NCBI RefSeq assembly: GCF_963921235.1
Contig: NC_086100.1
Coordinates: 198,836,001-198,900,000, forward strand
Length of the DNA: 64,000 nucleotides
Reading direction: 5' to 3'
From: Mobula hypostoma
Lineage: Eukaryota
Of this stretch, positions 1 to 12,930 are shown piece after piece. The stretch's first letter is position 1. Every line of letters starts with the position of its first letter. The position numbers were made by a program, and so were the translations under genes. A model generated the notes under the pieces. The model had not been told where the DNA came from. It saw only the letters and a program-made list of their open reading frames with translations, and did not search any database.

Positions 1-90
1 AGGTCATTCCCGAGTTGAGGGGCCAGGGATTAACTCCTGAGCAAAAGGGTGACATTCCCATGGTGATGCGGCCTTTCTTTGCAATGGTAG

Positions 91-396
91 GTGACAGCAT
101 TCAGTGTGCAGCTGAATGCCACGATGCCCGAGTTCCCCAAGAGGATCATCGACGTCTTCCCAGCCATCGTCGAGGGCGACCACCCTCTGGGGCAGCTGGA
201 CGCGGCCTATTACTCCTACACATACGCCGCCACCTTCCTCTTCAAGGGCACAGCGTACTGGAGGGTGGTGAACGAGGAGGACCGCGAGAGCAACGCCTCG
301 CTGCCTCTCAATGGCCTCCTGCCCCACCACCGCGTCACTGACCGCTGGTTCGACATTTGCGAGGTGGACGGCTCATGGGCTCCTGGACGGCCATAG
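91..396 (+). CDS. MMP21: Last coding exon of an MMP21-like matrix metalloproteinase (C-terminal hemopexin repeat); upstream exons lie outside the window
   Basis: Acceptor AG at 89-90. Translation VTAF...FPKRIIDVFPAIV..DHPLGQLDAAYYSYTYAATFLFKGTAYWRVVN...LPLNGLLP....DRWFDIC matches the recalled MMP21 C-terminus (YPKRITEVFPAV..HP..IDSAYYSY..FFKG.YWKVVN..LP.NGL.P..WFDVC). Stop TAG at 394-396. Ortholog versus paralog is unresolved. Confidence 0.8.
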   Translation: MTAFSVQLNATMPEFPKRIIDVFPAIVEGDHPLGQLDAAYYSYTYAATFLFKGTAYWRVVNEEDRESNASLPLNGLLPHHRVTDRWFDICEVDGSWAPGRP

Positions 397-678
397 AACT
401 GATGGGGGGGATTGGGACCGCACAGTGATCCTCCTCACCATCTCCACACCCCCCAACGCGCGCACGCACACACACACACACCAACAATGCAGACGCACCC
501 ACAGATCCCCGCGCTCTCCCCGCTCACTTCACTTCTGATCTTCTGGCCCTCACCCTGTCTCACTCAGCACCTCCAGTGTAGCCCACATTCAACCGACCAC
601 CACAGCCTCAGCAAAGGGCACAGGCTGGAGAGTCAGGGGCTTCACTCACAGTGCGGTGCCATCTAGTTCTCCAAACTT

Positions 679-1692
679 GAGGGAGCTTCACTCTGTGTCT
701 GACCCCGGGAGTGTGTGATGGGACAGTGTAGAGGGAGCTTCACTCTGTGTCTGACCCTGGGAGTGTGTGATGGGACAGTGTGGAGGGAGCTTCACTCTGT
801 GTCTGACCCCGGGAGTGTGTGATGGGACAGTGTAGAGGGAGCTTCACTCTGTGTCTGACCCTGGGAGTGTGTGATGGGACAGTGTGGAGGGAGCTTCACT
901 CTGTGTCTGACCCCGGGAGTGTGTGATGGGACAGTGTAGAGGGAGCTTCACTCTGTGTCTGACCCTGAGAGTGTGTGATGGGACGGTGTAGAGGGAGCTT
1001 CACTCTGTGTCTGACCCTGGGAGTGTGTGATGGGACAGTGTGGAGGGAGCTTCACTCTGTGTCTGACCCTGAGAGTGTGTGATGGGACGGTGTAGAGGGA
1101 GTTTCACTCTGTGTCTGACCCCGGGAGTGTGTGATGGGACAGTGTAGAGGGAGCTTCACTCTGTGTCTGACCCCGGGAGTATGTGATGGGACAGTGTAGA
1201 GGGAGCTTCACTCTGTGTCTGACCCCGGGATTGTGTGATGGGACAGTGTAGAGGGAGCTTCACTCTGTGTCTGACCCTAGGAGTGTGTGATGGGACAGTG
1301 TAGAGGGAGCTTCACTCTGTGTCTGGCCCCGGGAGTGTGTGATGGGACAGTGTGGAGGGAGCTTCACTCTGTGTCTGACCCCGGGAGTGTGTGATGGGAC
1401 AGTGTAGAGGGAGCTTCACTCTGTGTCTGACCCCGGGATTGTGTGATGGGACAGTGTAGAGGGAGCTTCACTCTGTGTCTGACCCCGGGAGTGTGTGAAG
1501 GGACAGTGTAGAGGGAGCTTCACTCTGTGTCTGACCCCGGGAGTGTGTGATGGGACAGTGTGGAGGGAGATTCACTCTGTGTCTGACCCCGGGAGTGTGT
1601 GATGGGACAGTGTGGAGGGAGCTTCACTATGTTTGACACCAGGAGTGTGTAATAGGACTGTGTAGAGGGAGCTTCAGTCTGGGTCTGATCCC
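679..1692. repeat. 52-bp minisatellite, about 19.5 copies
   Basis: Unit GAGGGAGCTTCACTCTGTGTCTGACCCCGGGAGTGTGTGATGGGACAGTGTA starts at 679, 731, 783 ... 1665. Copies are highly similar; the last ones are degenerate. Confidence 0.97.
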
Positions 1693-1704
1693 AGGGAATT
1701 TGAC

Positions 1705-2150
1705 TTTCCAGAGGATAAGAATACTAAAGCAATGATGTAATGCTAAGGGTTTATAAGGCATTGGTCAAACCACACTTGGCGTAATTATGAGCACTTTTGG
1801 GCCCCATATCTAAGAAAAGATGTGCTGGCAGACGTGGAGAGGATGTTTCGTATAGTGAGAGTCTAGGACCAGAGAGAACAACCTCAGAATAGAGGGGTGT
1901 CCATTTCATACCGAGGTGAGGAATTTCTTTAGGCCGAGGGTGATGAATCTGTGGAATTAATTGCCACAGACAACTGTGGAGGCCAACTTGGGTATATCTA
2001 AAGTGGAAGTTGATAGGTTCTTGATTAGTCAGAATGTCAAAGGTTACTGAGAGAAGGCAGGAAAATGGGGTTGAGAGGGATAATAAATCAGTCATGACAG
2101 AATGGCAGAGCACTCAATGGGCCAAATGGCCTAATTCTGCTCCTATGTCT
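1705..2150 (+). mobile_element. Decayed CR1-clade LINE 3' fragment
   Basis: Remnant of the DVMLRxYKALVxPHL motif plus the 3' UTR (gggccaaatggcctaattctgctcctatgtctta) shared with other CR1 copies in the window. Confidence 0.85.
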
Positions 2151-2349
2151 TACCTACCATTCTCCCTCTGCTCCCTACCCCTGCTTCCCCCAGTGAGGGG
2201 GACCTGTACATAATGAAACGAGCTGGATGCAAGTGAGATGGTACTGGTCACTCCACAAGTTCAGGGAGGGGTGGACTCCAGGTTCTCTGATATCAGTCCC
2301 ACTCCTTCCAGAACCTCTCACCAAATGTCCTGCCCAGGAGGACAGAGTA

Positions 2350-2870
2350 CCCGACCAGGCAAGCGGAGAGTGCTCCCTCACACTCCTGACTTATAGGCGA
2401 GGAAGAGGTAATGTAGCGGATGTGGTGTGCATGGACAAACTCTACCCAGTGAATAGGAGACTATTCCATCACACTCCTGACCTGTAGGTGGGGGTAAAGG
2501 TGATGTGGTGGATGTGGTGTGCCTGGACTAACCCCCTCCCCAGGCAAGCAGAGAGTGTTCCCTCACATTCCAGACATGTAGAAGGGGGAGAGGTAATGTG
2601 GAGGATGTGCTGTGTATAGACTAAGACACCACCCCCCACCCCCCCCAGGGAAGCAGAGAGTGTTCTGTCACTCTCCTGACTTATAGATGGGGGTGGGGGG
2701 AAGTAATATGGTTAATGCGGAGTGAATGGACCATCCCCACCAAGCAAGCGAGGTGTGTTACGTCACACTCATGACCTGTACATGGGGGACAGGTAGTGTG
2801 GTGGATGTGGAGTGCATGGACTAACACCACCCAGGTAAGTGGAGCGTGTTCCATCAAACTCCAGGTGCAC
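2350..2870. repeat. Degenerate tandem repeat, unit about 90-105 bp, about 5-6 copies
   Basis: Recurring block gagagtgttccctcacactcctgacctgtag...ggtaatgtggtggatgtggtgtgcatggactaac. Confidence 0.75.
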
Positions 2871-5581
2871 TCTGTTAATGTTGGGACAGTGCAAGGCCTT
2901 GGGGTAATCAGGGAGTCCCCAGTCCCTGACGTGCTCAGTCACCAGTGGCGTGGTGTTGATGCCACTGGTCCAGGTGGGATTCTGGTCACTGCTGACTGGG
3001 ATGAGACTCAGCAACTCTTCCTCAGAGAACGGTATTCTCCGACGCCCTGTGGGTCTCTTGGGGTACGGGCGTGGGCTACTTGACCTTCTGAGGGGTCTGA
3101 AGGTCATAAAGAGGGTACAGCTCTGCATCAAGCCCCTTGGCCCATCAGCTTTGTACTAACCCATCACACATCCACACCAATCCCATTTATCTGTATTAGG
3201 TCTGTATATTTCTATGCTTTGCCTATTTAAATATCTGGATAAATGACTCTAAAACTCAGTGACTCTAGCTGATTTCACCACCACCTCTCAGGGTAAAATC
3301 CCCTCAGGTTCCCCTTTCTCTCCCCATGATTTCAGTAAATGGAACTGAACATTGTGCGGTCATCATATCTGACCTTACAACGGAAGGATGGGTCACTGAA
3401 TGTGGTCGGTCCCTGAAATGTTTGAGAGTTTGGCTAAGTACATGGAAGGGAGGGCTATGGTCCAGGTACGGGTTGATGGGACTAGGAGGAACTGATGGGC
3501 CAAATGGCCTGCTTCTGTGCCGCAGTAGTGTATGACTCTATGTGTTGGTTGTCAGTCATATCCAACAATGACAGGAGACCTGTGTGGGAGAGTTTTTAAG
3601 GCGGAAAAGCTGTTGCCCTGGGGCAGTGCCACTATCTCCACCTCAAAGGGACACAGCTGGGGTCTTCCTTGGTTGCAGTGCATGACCATGCGTTGTTGTG
3701 TCCTTCACTCTTTACGGAGCGTTGCAGCCCGCCTTCCTGGCATTGGGTCTCACTGTAGATCTCATCCACCCTGCCCTCCAGAGCTGTTTTCCTTTGTACT
3801 CAATGATTCAGCAGTGTGTACTGCGACTGGGACTGACCTCCCTCCACTACAATCTTTGTTTGGAGTCAGAATCCCACTCCGGCCAGATTACCGAGGATTT
3901 TCCCTCCCACACTCAGCCAGATGGCGTCGATGGCAATCGCTCCCCACTGCGGGAGGGGTGGGTAGTAATGAGAGAGGGAGGGGCAGTAGTGACGGAGGGT
4001 CAATACTGGGGGAGAGTCTCACTGTGGGTGGGTTGGTACTGAAGGAGCATCACACATGGGAGGGGCAGTACTGAGGGAGCGTCGCACAGAGAGGGGGGGG
4101 TGCAATATTGAGGGAGCGCGAGCGTCTCATTGTGAGCTCCGTTTCATAAAGTGACATTGCCCGACGCCTTTTGACAAGAACCTCGGGGTTAATGGAAGGA
4201 AGATGGTTTTCGGACAACATCGTAGGTCCTGCAGAGGTTTGTGGGATCCTGCTGTGCGTGCGGTTGGTGGCCGCCCATCAGCATCCCGGGAGCCTGAGGC
4301 GGGACCTGCAATGAGCCCGGTCACCAGTAGATGGTGGTGTTGGCCAGACCCCGGGCACTGCTCATCCTACCCCTTCAGAGCCTGGCACTGCGTGCAGAGC
4401 TCCACCGCGCCGGACAACGACCACTTCCTCCACCTTCAGCATCCGGGGGTGACCAAAACCCAAACCGGACACCGCGGCTTCAGAGCAGGCCAGGGCTGGG
4501 GACCGTACGGGGAATGACTCACCTCTGATAAGGACATTGAGGGCATCTTCTCGATTTGCCCAGGTGAACGCAGCCCTAACTACACTTAAGCAGATGAATC
4601 TGATCCAGGACAGACCAGTCCGTGTGATCGACAGCCCACCCACCCCTAAACACTCCCTCCCTCCACCAACGGTGCACAGTGGCTGCAGTGTGCACCATAA
4701 TCAACACATTTACCAACTTCTGCTTTAAATATACCCAATGACCTGGCCTCCACAGGTGTCTGGGGCAACGAATTCCACAGATTCACCACCCTCAGGCTAA
4801 GGAAATTCCTCCTCATCTCTGTTCTAAATGGGCGTCCCTCGATCCTGTAGCACCGGTAGAACCCCAGCAGCATGCAGAGTTCACCATCTGTTCCATCATC
4901 TTGCACCTAGATTCGAACCCAGCCTGCCCAGCTGATTCGCTGTGTTGGCCAAGAGCCGCTGGCGAGGCCTTCAGTGGGCATGGGCACGGTCTCGTGGGTG
5001 AGCGGTCCGTAGCCTGGACACAGAGAGAGCCCCTTCCCCACCCTCTCCCCACCCATCTCCGTACACAGAGAGGGAGACACGCAGCCCCTCTATTCTATCC
5101 CATTTACCTCATCCCCATCATGTTGTGGTGTACATACCCCGCCCCCAATGTCCACTCTCCAAGTCTCTCCCTACTTGTGGGAGGGAGGGGGTGTAGAAAT
5201 CTCTCCGGCCTAGAGGGAAGTATAGAGAGCTCCCCCCACCATGGGACTGGACTATATTCCTACCACCCCCGCCCCAATGCAAGAGACAAGGAGGAGACAG
5301 CATGGTCTTCTGAGTTACTTTATTGGAGTCAGCCCAGGCGTCAGTACAGATGCGGAGGAGGGGGTGTGGGGGGTCCACAGCCGGGGTCACAGCCCCATCC
5401 TAGGAGGTCCGGGAAGGGTCACTGCCCCACCAGCAGAAGAGTCTTCCTGCCCTTCCGGTGAGGGAGTGAGGGAGAGAGAGGAAGGGTGGGGATAGAGAGG
5501 GCCAGTGAGGGAGGTTAGACAGAAGGGCATCTGGGGAGGAGGGGAATGATGGCGGAGTTGAGGCAAGTGAGGGAGGTTAGA

Positions 5582-5674
5582 CATAGAAAAAACAGAGAAA
5601 CATAGAAAATAGGTGCAGGAGTAGGCCATTCGCCTCTTCGAGCCTGCACCACCATTCAGTATGATCATGGCTGA
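5582..5674 (-). mobile_element. Very short CR1 3'-end insertion
   Basis: catagaaa tail plus ataggtgcaggagtaggccattcg...atgatcatggctga, the same 3' end as the copy at 22370. Confidence 0.8.
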
Positions 5675-5729
5675 AGGGCATCTGGGGAGGAGGGGAATGA
5701 TGGCAGAGTTGGGGCAAGTGAGGGAGGTT

Positions 5730-7580
5730 GGAGAGAAGTGGGAGGGGAAAGGAAGTGAAGGAGGGGAGAAGAGTGAAACGGGGAGAGGAGTTGGGGCGAG
5801 AGAGGGAAGTTAGAGGGTTAGAAAGAAGGGAAGTGAAGGAGGAGAGGAAGGGAAGGATGAAGAGGGAGGAGTGAAGGAGAGAGGTAGTGAGGAGGAGAGG
5901 GGAGAGTGAGGGGGAGGAGAGGGCAGAGTGAGGAGGAGGAGGAGGAGAGAGGAGAGTGAGGGGAGGAGGAGGAGGAGAGGAGAGAGTGAGGGGGAGAGGG
6001 GAGAATGAGGGGAAGGAGAGGGGAGAATGAGGGGAGTAGGAAGAGGAGAGGGGAGAGTGGAGGGGAGGGGAGGAGGAGAGGGGAGAGTGAGGGGGAGGAG
6101 GAGGAGAGGGGAGAGCGAGAGGAGGAGAGGGGAGACTGAGGGGGAGGAGAAGGAGAGAGGGGAGAGTGAGGGGAGGAGAGGGGAGAGTGAGGGGGAGGGG
6201 AGGAGGAGGAGAGGGGAGTGTGAGGAGAGCGGAGGAGAGGGGAGAGTGAGGAGGAGGAGGAGAGGGGAGAGTGAAGGGGAGGAGAGGGGAGAAAGAGAGT
6301 GGGGGGAGGAGAGTGGAGAGTGAGGGGGAGGGGAGGAGGAGGAAGAGAGGGGAGCATGAGCGGGAGGAGGAGGAGAGGGGTGAGTGAGGGGGGAGGAGGA
6401 GGAGAGAGGAGAGGGGAGAGTGAGGAGGGGGAGAGTGAGGAGGAGGAGGAGGAGAGGGGAGAGTGAGGAGGAGGAGGAGAGGGGAGAGTGAGGGGGAGGA
6501 GAAGGAGAGGGGAGAGTGAGGAGGAGGAGGAGAGGGGAGAGTGAGGGGGAGGAGGAGAGGGGAGAGTGAGGGGGAGGAGGAGAGGGGAGTGAGGGGGAGG
6601 AGGAGAGGGGAGAGTGAGGGGGAGGAGGAGGAGAGGGGAGAGTGAGGGGGAGGAGGAGAGGGGAGAGTGAGGGGGAGGAGGAGGAGAGGGGAGAGTGAGG
6701 GGGAGGAGGAGAGGGGAGAGTGAGGGGGAGGAGGAGGAGAGGGGAGAGTGAGGGGGAGGAGGAGGAGAGGGGAGAGTGAGGGGGAGGAGGAGGAGAGGGG
6801 AGAGTGAGGGGGAGGAGAGGGGAGAGTGAGGGGGAGGAGAGGGGAGAGTGAGGGGGAGGAGAGGGGAGAGTGAGGGGGAGGAGAAGAGGGGAGAGTGAGG
6901 GGGAGGAGGAGAAGAGGGGAGAGTGAGGAGGAGGAGGAGGAGGAGAGGGGAGAGTGAGGGGGAGGAGGAGGACGACGACGAGAGGGGAGAGTGAGGGGGA
7001 GGAGGAGAGGGGAGAGTGAGGAGGAGGAGGAGAGGGGAGAGTGAGGAGGAGGAGGAGAGGGGAGAGTGAGGAGGAGGAGGAGGAGGAGAGGGGAGAGTGA
7101 GGGGGAGGAAGGAGAGGGGAGAGTGAGGGGGAGGAAGGAGAGGGGAGAGTGAGGGGGAGGAGGGGAAGAGGGGTGAGTGAGGAGGAGAGGGGTGTGAGGA
7201 GGAGGAGGGGGAGAGTGAGGAGGAGGCGGAGGGGAGAGTGAGGAGGAGGAGGGGAGAGTGAGGAGGAGGAGGGGAGAGTGAGGAGGAGGAGGAGGAGGGG
7301 AGAGTGAGGAGGAGGAGGAGGGGAGAGTGAGGAGGAGGAGGGGAGAGTGAGGAGGAGGAGGAGGAGGGGAGAGTGAGGAGGAGGAGGGGAGAGTGAGGAG
7401 GAGGAGAAGGGGAGAGTGAGGAGGAGGAGGAGGCGAGAGTGAGGAGGAGGAGGGGGGAGAGTGAGGAGGAGGAGGAGGGGAGAGTGAGGAGGAGGAGGGG
7501 GGGAGACTGAGGAGGAGGAGGAGGGGGAGACTGAGGAGGAGGAGGGGAGACTGAGGAGGAGGAGGAGGAGGGGGGATAGT
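5730..7580. repeat. About 1.85-kb polypurine minisatellite, (GGA)n-GAGGGGAGAGTGA units
   Basis: Almost only G/A, with a periodic T in AGTGA. It explains the spurious Pro/Ser/Leu ORFs on the - strand. Confidence 0.95.
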
Positions 7581-8279
7581 GAGGAGGTGGAATGGGGAGT
7601 TGGGGTGAGTGAGGGAGGTTAAGGAGAAGGGGAGGGTAGACTGATGAGGGAATAGGTGTGTCACAATCAGGTTTCTTGTCATTGACCGTGATTTGCAGCT
7701 GTGGTACAGCGGAAGAGGAGGGGAGAGTAAAAGTGTACTGGGAGGTATCTGATCTCAGCATTTGGAATGGAACAGACCTCTGACCCAAGGAGTGTATCCT
7801 GGCCGTTCCACCCATTCATAACAACTCCACACCTGAATTAAAGCCACATCCCTACTTCCCTGCTCCTTCCAGTATCTGTCCAGGTGCCTCTTAAACGTTG
7901 TCCCTGTTCCTGCCTTCACTGCCTCAGCTCATCCTAAATACCAACCAGTCTGTGTGAAAACTTACCTCTTTAAAACACCTCCCTCTCACCTTAAGCTTGG
8001 TCTCTAGATATAGAGATAGACTGCGGGAGACAGGCATTATCTGTCCTGTCTACGCCCCTCATGATTTCTATAAACTTCCATCAGGTCACCTTCCACCTCC
8101 TTCACTCCAGGGAAAACAGCCCCAGTCTGGTCAGTCTCTCCTTAGCACTCCACCCCTCCAGTCCCAGTAATGTCCCTGTGAATCTTTACTACACCATCTG
8201 CACCTTAATCACAGCTGGGTGACCAGAACTGTATACTGTACCAACACCTCGTACAACTGTAACTTAACGTCCCAACTCC

Positions 8280-10225
8280 TGTGCTGAGGTTCCGGGAGTT
8301 GACGTACTGAGGTTTTGGTCTCAGTATTGGGGCTCAGAGCCTCTCAACATTGGGGTTTGGGTTCAGGATCTCTCACTGCTGAGGTTGAAGTACCTTAGAG
8401 TCACAGCATTGGAGTTCAGGACCTCATGATATTGTGATTTATGGGTTTGCAGTACCGGGATTTGTGTCTCAGTATCTCTCGTTGGGGTTCAGGGGGTCTG
8501 CGGTGTCAGAGTTTGGATCTCACTATTGGGCATCAGAATCTCATGGTCCTGGAATTCAGGAATTTCCAGTCAAGTCGGGATGTTGGGGCTCGGGCAGATC
8601 CCGGTGTTACTTTTGGATCTGTGTATTCTGGTCTGGGATGAAGTTAGCAGTCAGTGTGGGATGATACCTCCCCTGCCCTACACCTGGTGAGATCTGGGTG
8701 CTTCTCCCTTGCTTGGGATTCTCGATCACTTTGGCTCAGGCTTTGCCAGAGAGGGGATCTGGGATTGTCCTACTTCTCAGTTTTGGGGTTTGGGCTGTTC
8801 CTCCTTTCTGTTGGCTGGGACCACTCTGTTGCAGCTCGGTCTAGGTCAGTACTGGGGTTCAGAGACTCAGTCTTGGGGATCTATCAGAGATGCTCAGATC
8901 AGCCTTCTGGGCTGACTCAATTGATCTCATTGTCTGGGCGATTCGTGAGGCTTTGGGACAGAGAGACACTTCCTCTTTTATCCCTGTGCTCTTACCAGAG
9001 TTGTGGTTCATAGTCTCGCTCGGGGTTTTAGCTGGCAGGGTCTCTCAGTGTTGGGGTTCATAGTCTTACTTGGGGAAGGCCTTGTTTCTCTGAGCTGGGG
9101 TTCAAGTTGGCGTTCGGTGTCTGGGGATGGAGCTGAGATCTTGTTTTGGGGTTCAGACTCTCGAGGTTTGGGCTGACGGCTGGGCGTCAGGTTATCCTTT
9201 CTGTCAGTGCAACTCTCAACCTAGGGTTCAATGCCTCTGTCCTGTTCATGGTGTCAGGTTTGGGGGTCTCCCGCTCTCTCTCTGGAAGAGTGACAGGAAG
9301 CCCTGTGGCGATTTGGCACCACTCCCCTGGGTGCTGGTGGAGCATGTGGGGACCCTCGCCTCCACGATGGGGTTTCAGTCAAACTCCGAAATGAGCGTTC
9401 AGGGTTCCCCAGTGCAGGGCGTGGAGGATGGGGTCACAGTCTGTTACAGACTCAGCATTAGGGGTGAGAACTCCCTATCTCTGGGTGGTGGGGTTCACAT
9501 TCCAGGCTTATGTTCAGGATCTCTTAATGAGGAGATTCAAAACCTTGTGGACTTGGGGTTCAAGGTCTCTGTTTTTGGGTTTAAGACTTGGTTGGGGGTT
9601 CAGGCTCTCTGTGTTGATATTTTGGGTCGTGGTTTTGCGGTTCAGAGTCTCTGTATTGGGGTTTAGAGTCTTGGTTTAGGGTCTTGGATTCTCTGTTCGG
9701 GTTTGTGGCAGGTTTGGAGTTTAGCATCTCAGTGTTGGGGTACAGGGTCTCTCTGTAGGGTTTCGGGTCCTTAATTTGAGGTTCTGTATCTACATTGGGG
9801 TTCAGTGTCGGTTTGGAGTTCAGGCTCCCTCTGTTGAGTTTAGGGTCTTGTGTTGGGGTTGAGGAGGTTTAGCATCAGTTTGGGGTTTAGGATTCAATTT
9901 GGGGTTCAGAGTCTCTGTGTTGGGGTTTAGAGTCATGGTTTGGGGTTGAGGGTCTGTTTGGGGTCTTGGTTTTGCTTTCAGATTCTGTGTTGGGATCTGG
10001 GGTCCATTTGGATTTCAGGGTTGATTGGGGTTCAGAGTCACTGTGTTAGGATTCGGGGGTCTTCATTTGGGTCTCAGCTTCCTGCTGTTGGGATTTGGGG
10101 CCTTGATTTGGGTTTCAGGTTCTCGGTGTTGGTGTTTTTGGGTTCGCAGTCTCTGTGTTGAGGTTTAGGGTTTCAGCTTGGCGATGAGGGTCTCTGTGTT
10201 GGAGTTTGGGGTTTATGATGTGGGG
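8280..10225. repeat. Degenerate G/T-rich tandem-derived region
   Basis: Recurrent ggggttcag...tctctgtgttgggg motifs with strong G/T skew. Confidence 0.55.
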
Positions 10226-11539
10226 CGGAAGGGGTTATGTTCCCTTCACCCCTGATACAACTCTGCATTTGAGGGTTTAATCTCATGGGTCAAGAACCAC
10301 ACTGTAATTTTGAGACGGTCTCCCAGTGACCAGAGATGAGGGGGCTTCAATATCAGGGGTGGGTGGGGAGGTCTCTGGGTGCCAGGATATCCCTGGCTGA
10401 CACCCCCCCCCCACCTCACCCCGCCCCAGTTGGTAAAGGTCATCTTTCTCCTTCACCATTGGCGTCCGAGTTGGTTATCCTGGCTTGTTCGGTATCTCTG
10501 GGCGCCAGGCTTCAGGATCACCCTATCACGTAGGGGATCAGTAATGTATTAACGCGCCCACCGAGGTTCCGGGCCCCGCAGTGTCCGGCTCCCCCTGTCT
10601 ATATCCATCCCTGCTTCCTTCACAGGGTCGGGGACTCTGTGTCTTGGAGACTCTACTGACGGGTCAGAGCCTCCCGTCGCTCGTATTTGCTGGGGATCAG
10701 TGTCCTCGCCTCAACATCGGGAGGGAGGTGGGGTGGAGGCGGTCTCTGTATGTGTGTCGATGATCTGTGGGTGGCCTGGTCTTCGGCGGTCTCTCTCTGT
10801 CAGTGAGCTACGAGTCCAGCTGCAGTTTTAGGGGCAGATGGGGGCCTGTGTGGGCGGTTCCGTCACTCCACCATCAACCTCACCACCATCGAATCCCGGG
10901 GCATTTCACCCGCGACCCCAACCCTCGGCAAGGAGAGCGTCCTCACCAGTGATCAAGGGCCAAGGTCACAGTGGGGAGAAGCTTACTGGGGTCACCAGGG
11001 AGGCCTGACCTCAGAGGACTTCTGATCACCTACCAAACGTGGAGGGGCTGTTACCTCAGTCTGAACCGGAATCTGCGGAGGGGCCCCTTCTCTGCTGGGA
11101 CTTTTCTCCCTCACCCTCTTCTCTCCAAACCTATGTTAGTCTCCGTCCCTCCCGATCTCGGCCCATCCACCACCCCAGCTCCTCGCCCATCTCCGACCTC
11201 AACATCCGTGGCCACCTGTCCGAGCGAACATCACCCTTCCCACCTCGGCCCATCCTGACAGTACTGTGGCCTCAGACCCTCCAGGAAGCAACACCCAATG
11301 AGCCCCTCCCCCTCTCAAAAATCACCCCCCCCCCCCGTCACGGGGGTGGACACACATTGACGGGACAGAAAGGGAGGAGTGGCAGAATAGGGACCAGGGC
11401 AGCGGGTCAGGGAGGCCGTAAGGGTAAGGGATCAAAGGTCAGGGCATTGGGCTGGGTTCAGAGTGCATAGATCAGGGGTAGGAGGAGGACAGAGTAGCTA
11501 CTCTGGGTCTGATGTGCAGCACGCTCACATATCAAACAG

Positions 11540-11790
11540 CTAGTGCGGTGCTTTACAGCGCCGGTGACTCGGGTTCAATTCCCGCCCGCTGTTTGTGGGG
11601 TTTGTACGTTTCCGTACGTTCTCCCTGTGACCGCGGGGGTTTCCTCCGGGTGCTCCAGTTCCCTCCCGCATTCCTAAAACATACGGGTTAGGGTTGATGA
11701 GTTGTGGGCACGTACTTGCCCCCTTCACATCCTCAGACTGCTGGTTGTTGAGACAAACGACGCATTTCAGTGTGTGTTTTGATGTACGAG
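11540..11790 (+). mobile_element. tRNA-derived V-SINE-like element
   Basis: Pol III B box GGTTCAATTCC at 11572-11582, followed by the V-domain-like core gtacgttctccctgtgaccgcgggggtttcctccgggtgctcc. Confidence 0.8.
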
Positions 11791-12191
11791 GCGAATGTCT
11801 ATCTCTTTATCGGGAGGCTGGGAGGCGTGTGGGGGGGTGAGTTTACAGAGGGGAGTGTGTAGACTGAGCGGCTACGTCCAGGTCCGGTGTTCCCCAACCC
11901 CTCGGGATCGGATCCAAGGCCTCAACCCTCTCCCCCCCCCCCCCCGCCCCCCGTTATCACGCATCGGGCTGTCTACTGGGTAGGTGAGCGATCAAAGGGA
12001 GGGGGCACCTTGCACAGATATGCCACTGCGCCCCTACGCGTGTAAGTATGCGCGCACGCTGGGCGTGAACGCGCGTGTTCACGGGTTACAGGTCACGGGA
12101 TGGATGATGCTGAGCAGCGGCTGTGGGGTGGACGGGAGAGGAGGGGAGGAATGTGATGGACGAGGCTGCACGGTTACTCAGGTTCCACGGT

Positions 12192-12252
12192 CTAACTGTA
12201 GGGCGGCAGTGACGAGAAACTCAGCCGGAACTCTTCGCCTTCCAGAAGTTTC
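12192..12252 (-). CDS. NEFL: NEFL-like gene, coding exon 4 (end of rod plus very short tail, stop)
   Basis: Acceptor tctcctcttcAG; reads g-KLLEGEEFRLSFSSLPPYS-TAG, in phase with exon 3. Confidence 0.85.
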
Positions 12253-12930
12253 CTGAAGAGGAGACAGACAGAAACGGGCAGAAGGTGAACGACAGACAGA
12301 GTCTGGTCTCCTAAACTCCCCGAGAGGGAAGCCTCTCCCCCTCCCCCGCCCAGTCTCTCATATCGGCCGTGACCCCCTTCCTCCCCTTCACCCTATCACT
12401 CCCAAAAAACCATTCAGCCCATCGATTCTGCCTTTCCATGTCTGATTTACCATCCCTCTCAGTCCCATCCCCCCGCCTTCTTCCCATAACTTAGACGTCC
12501 TGACTAATCAAGAACCTATCCACCTCCTCGTTTTCAACCCCCTCCTGCACTCCACCATTCTCCCGTCTCTCTCCTCACCTTAACTACACCCTCTTTCCCC
12601 TCCTCTCCATCTCTTTCTTACCCTTCCCTTCATCCCTCTCCCTCACTACATTTCACTCCCCTCCGTCCTCTCCCCTATCCTATACCTTCCACTTCCTCCT
12701 GAAACCCTCTCCTCCTCTTCCTCACTCCATTCTTCTGTCCCTCCCCTTCCACTCCTTTCTGCATTGCCTTACACTCCCTCTCCTCCCCCTCCCATCTCCG
12801 CCATTCCTCTTCCCCTTTCCTCACTCCACCCCTCTATGCCTCCCTCCCCCTTTCTTGTCACTCCTCTTACCCATTCACCCTCACCCTCCCTCCGCACGCC
12901 TCTGCCTCCCCTCCATCCCTCGGACACTAC

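Noticed and set aside
679..1692. CRISPR-like regular array (also 53112-53977)
   Set aside because: Head-to-tail units with no unique spacers, no cas genes, and a eukaryotic context.
5577..7815. 701-aa and 665-aa Pro/Ser/Leu-rich ORFs
   Set aside because: They are translations of a purine/pyrimidine minisatellite that cannot encode stop codons; several frames are open and no domain is present.
8680..10460. Exon-like segments with AG/GT sites on the - strand
   Set aside because: The segments need frameshifts or read through stops, and one implied intron (8951-8995) is only 45 nt; the region is degenerate tandem sequence.
11540..11590. Possible tRNA gene
   Set aside because: A B box is present but no cloverleaf forms, and it runs into a V-SINE core.
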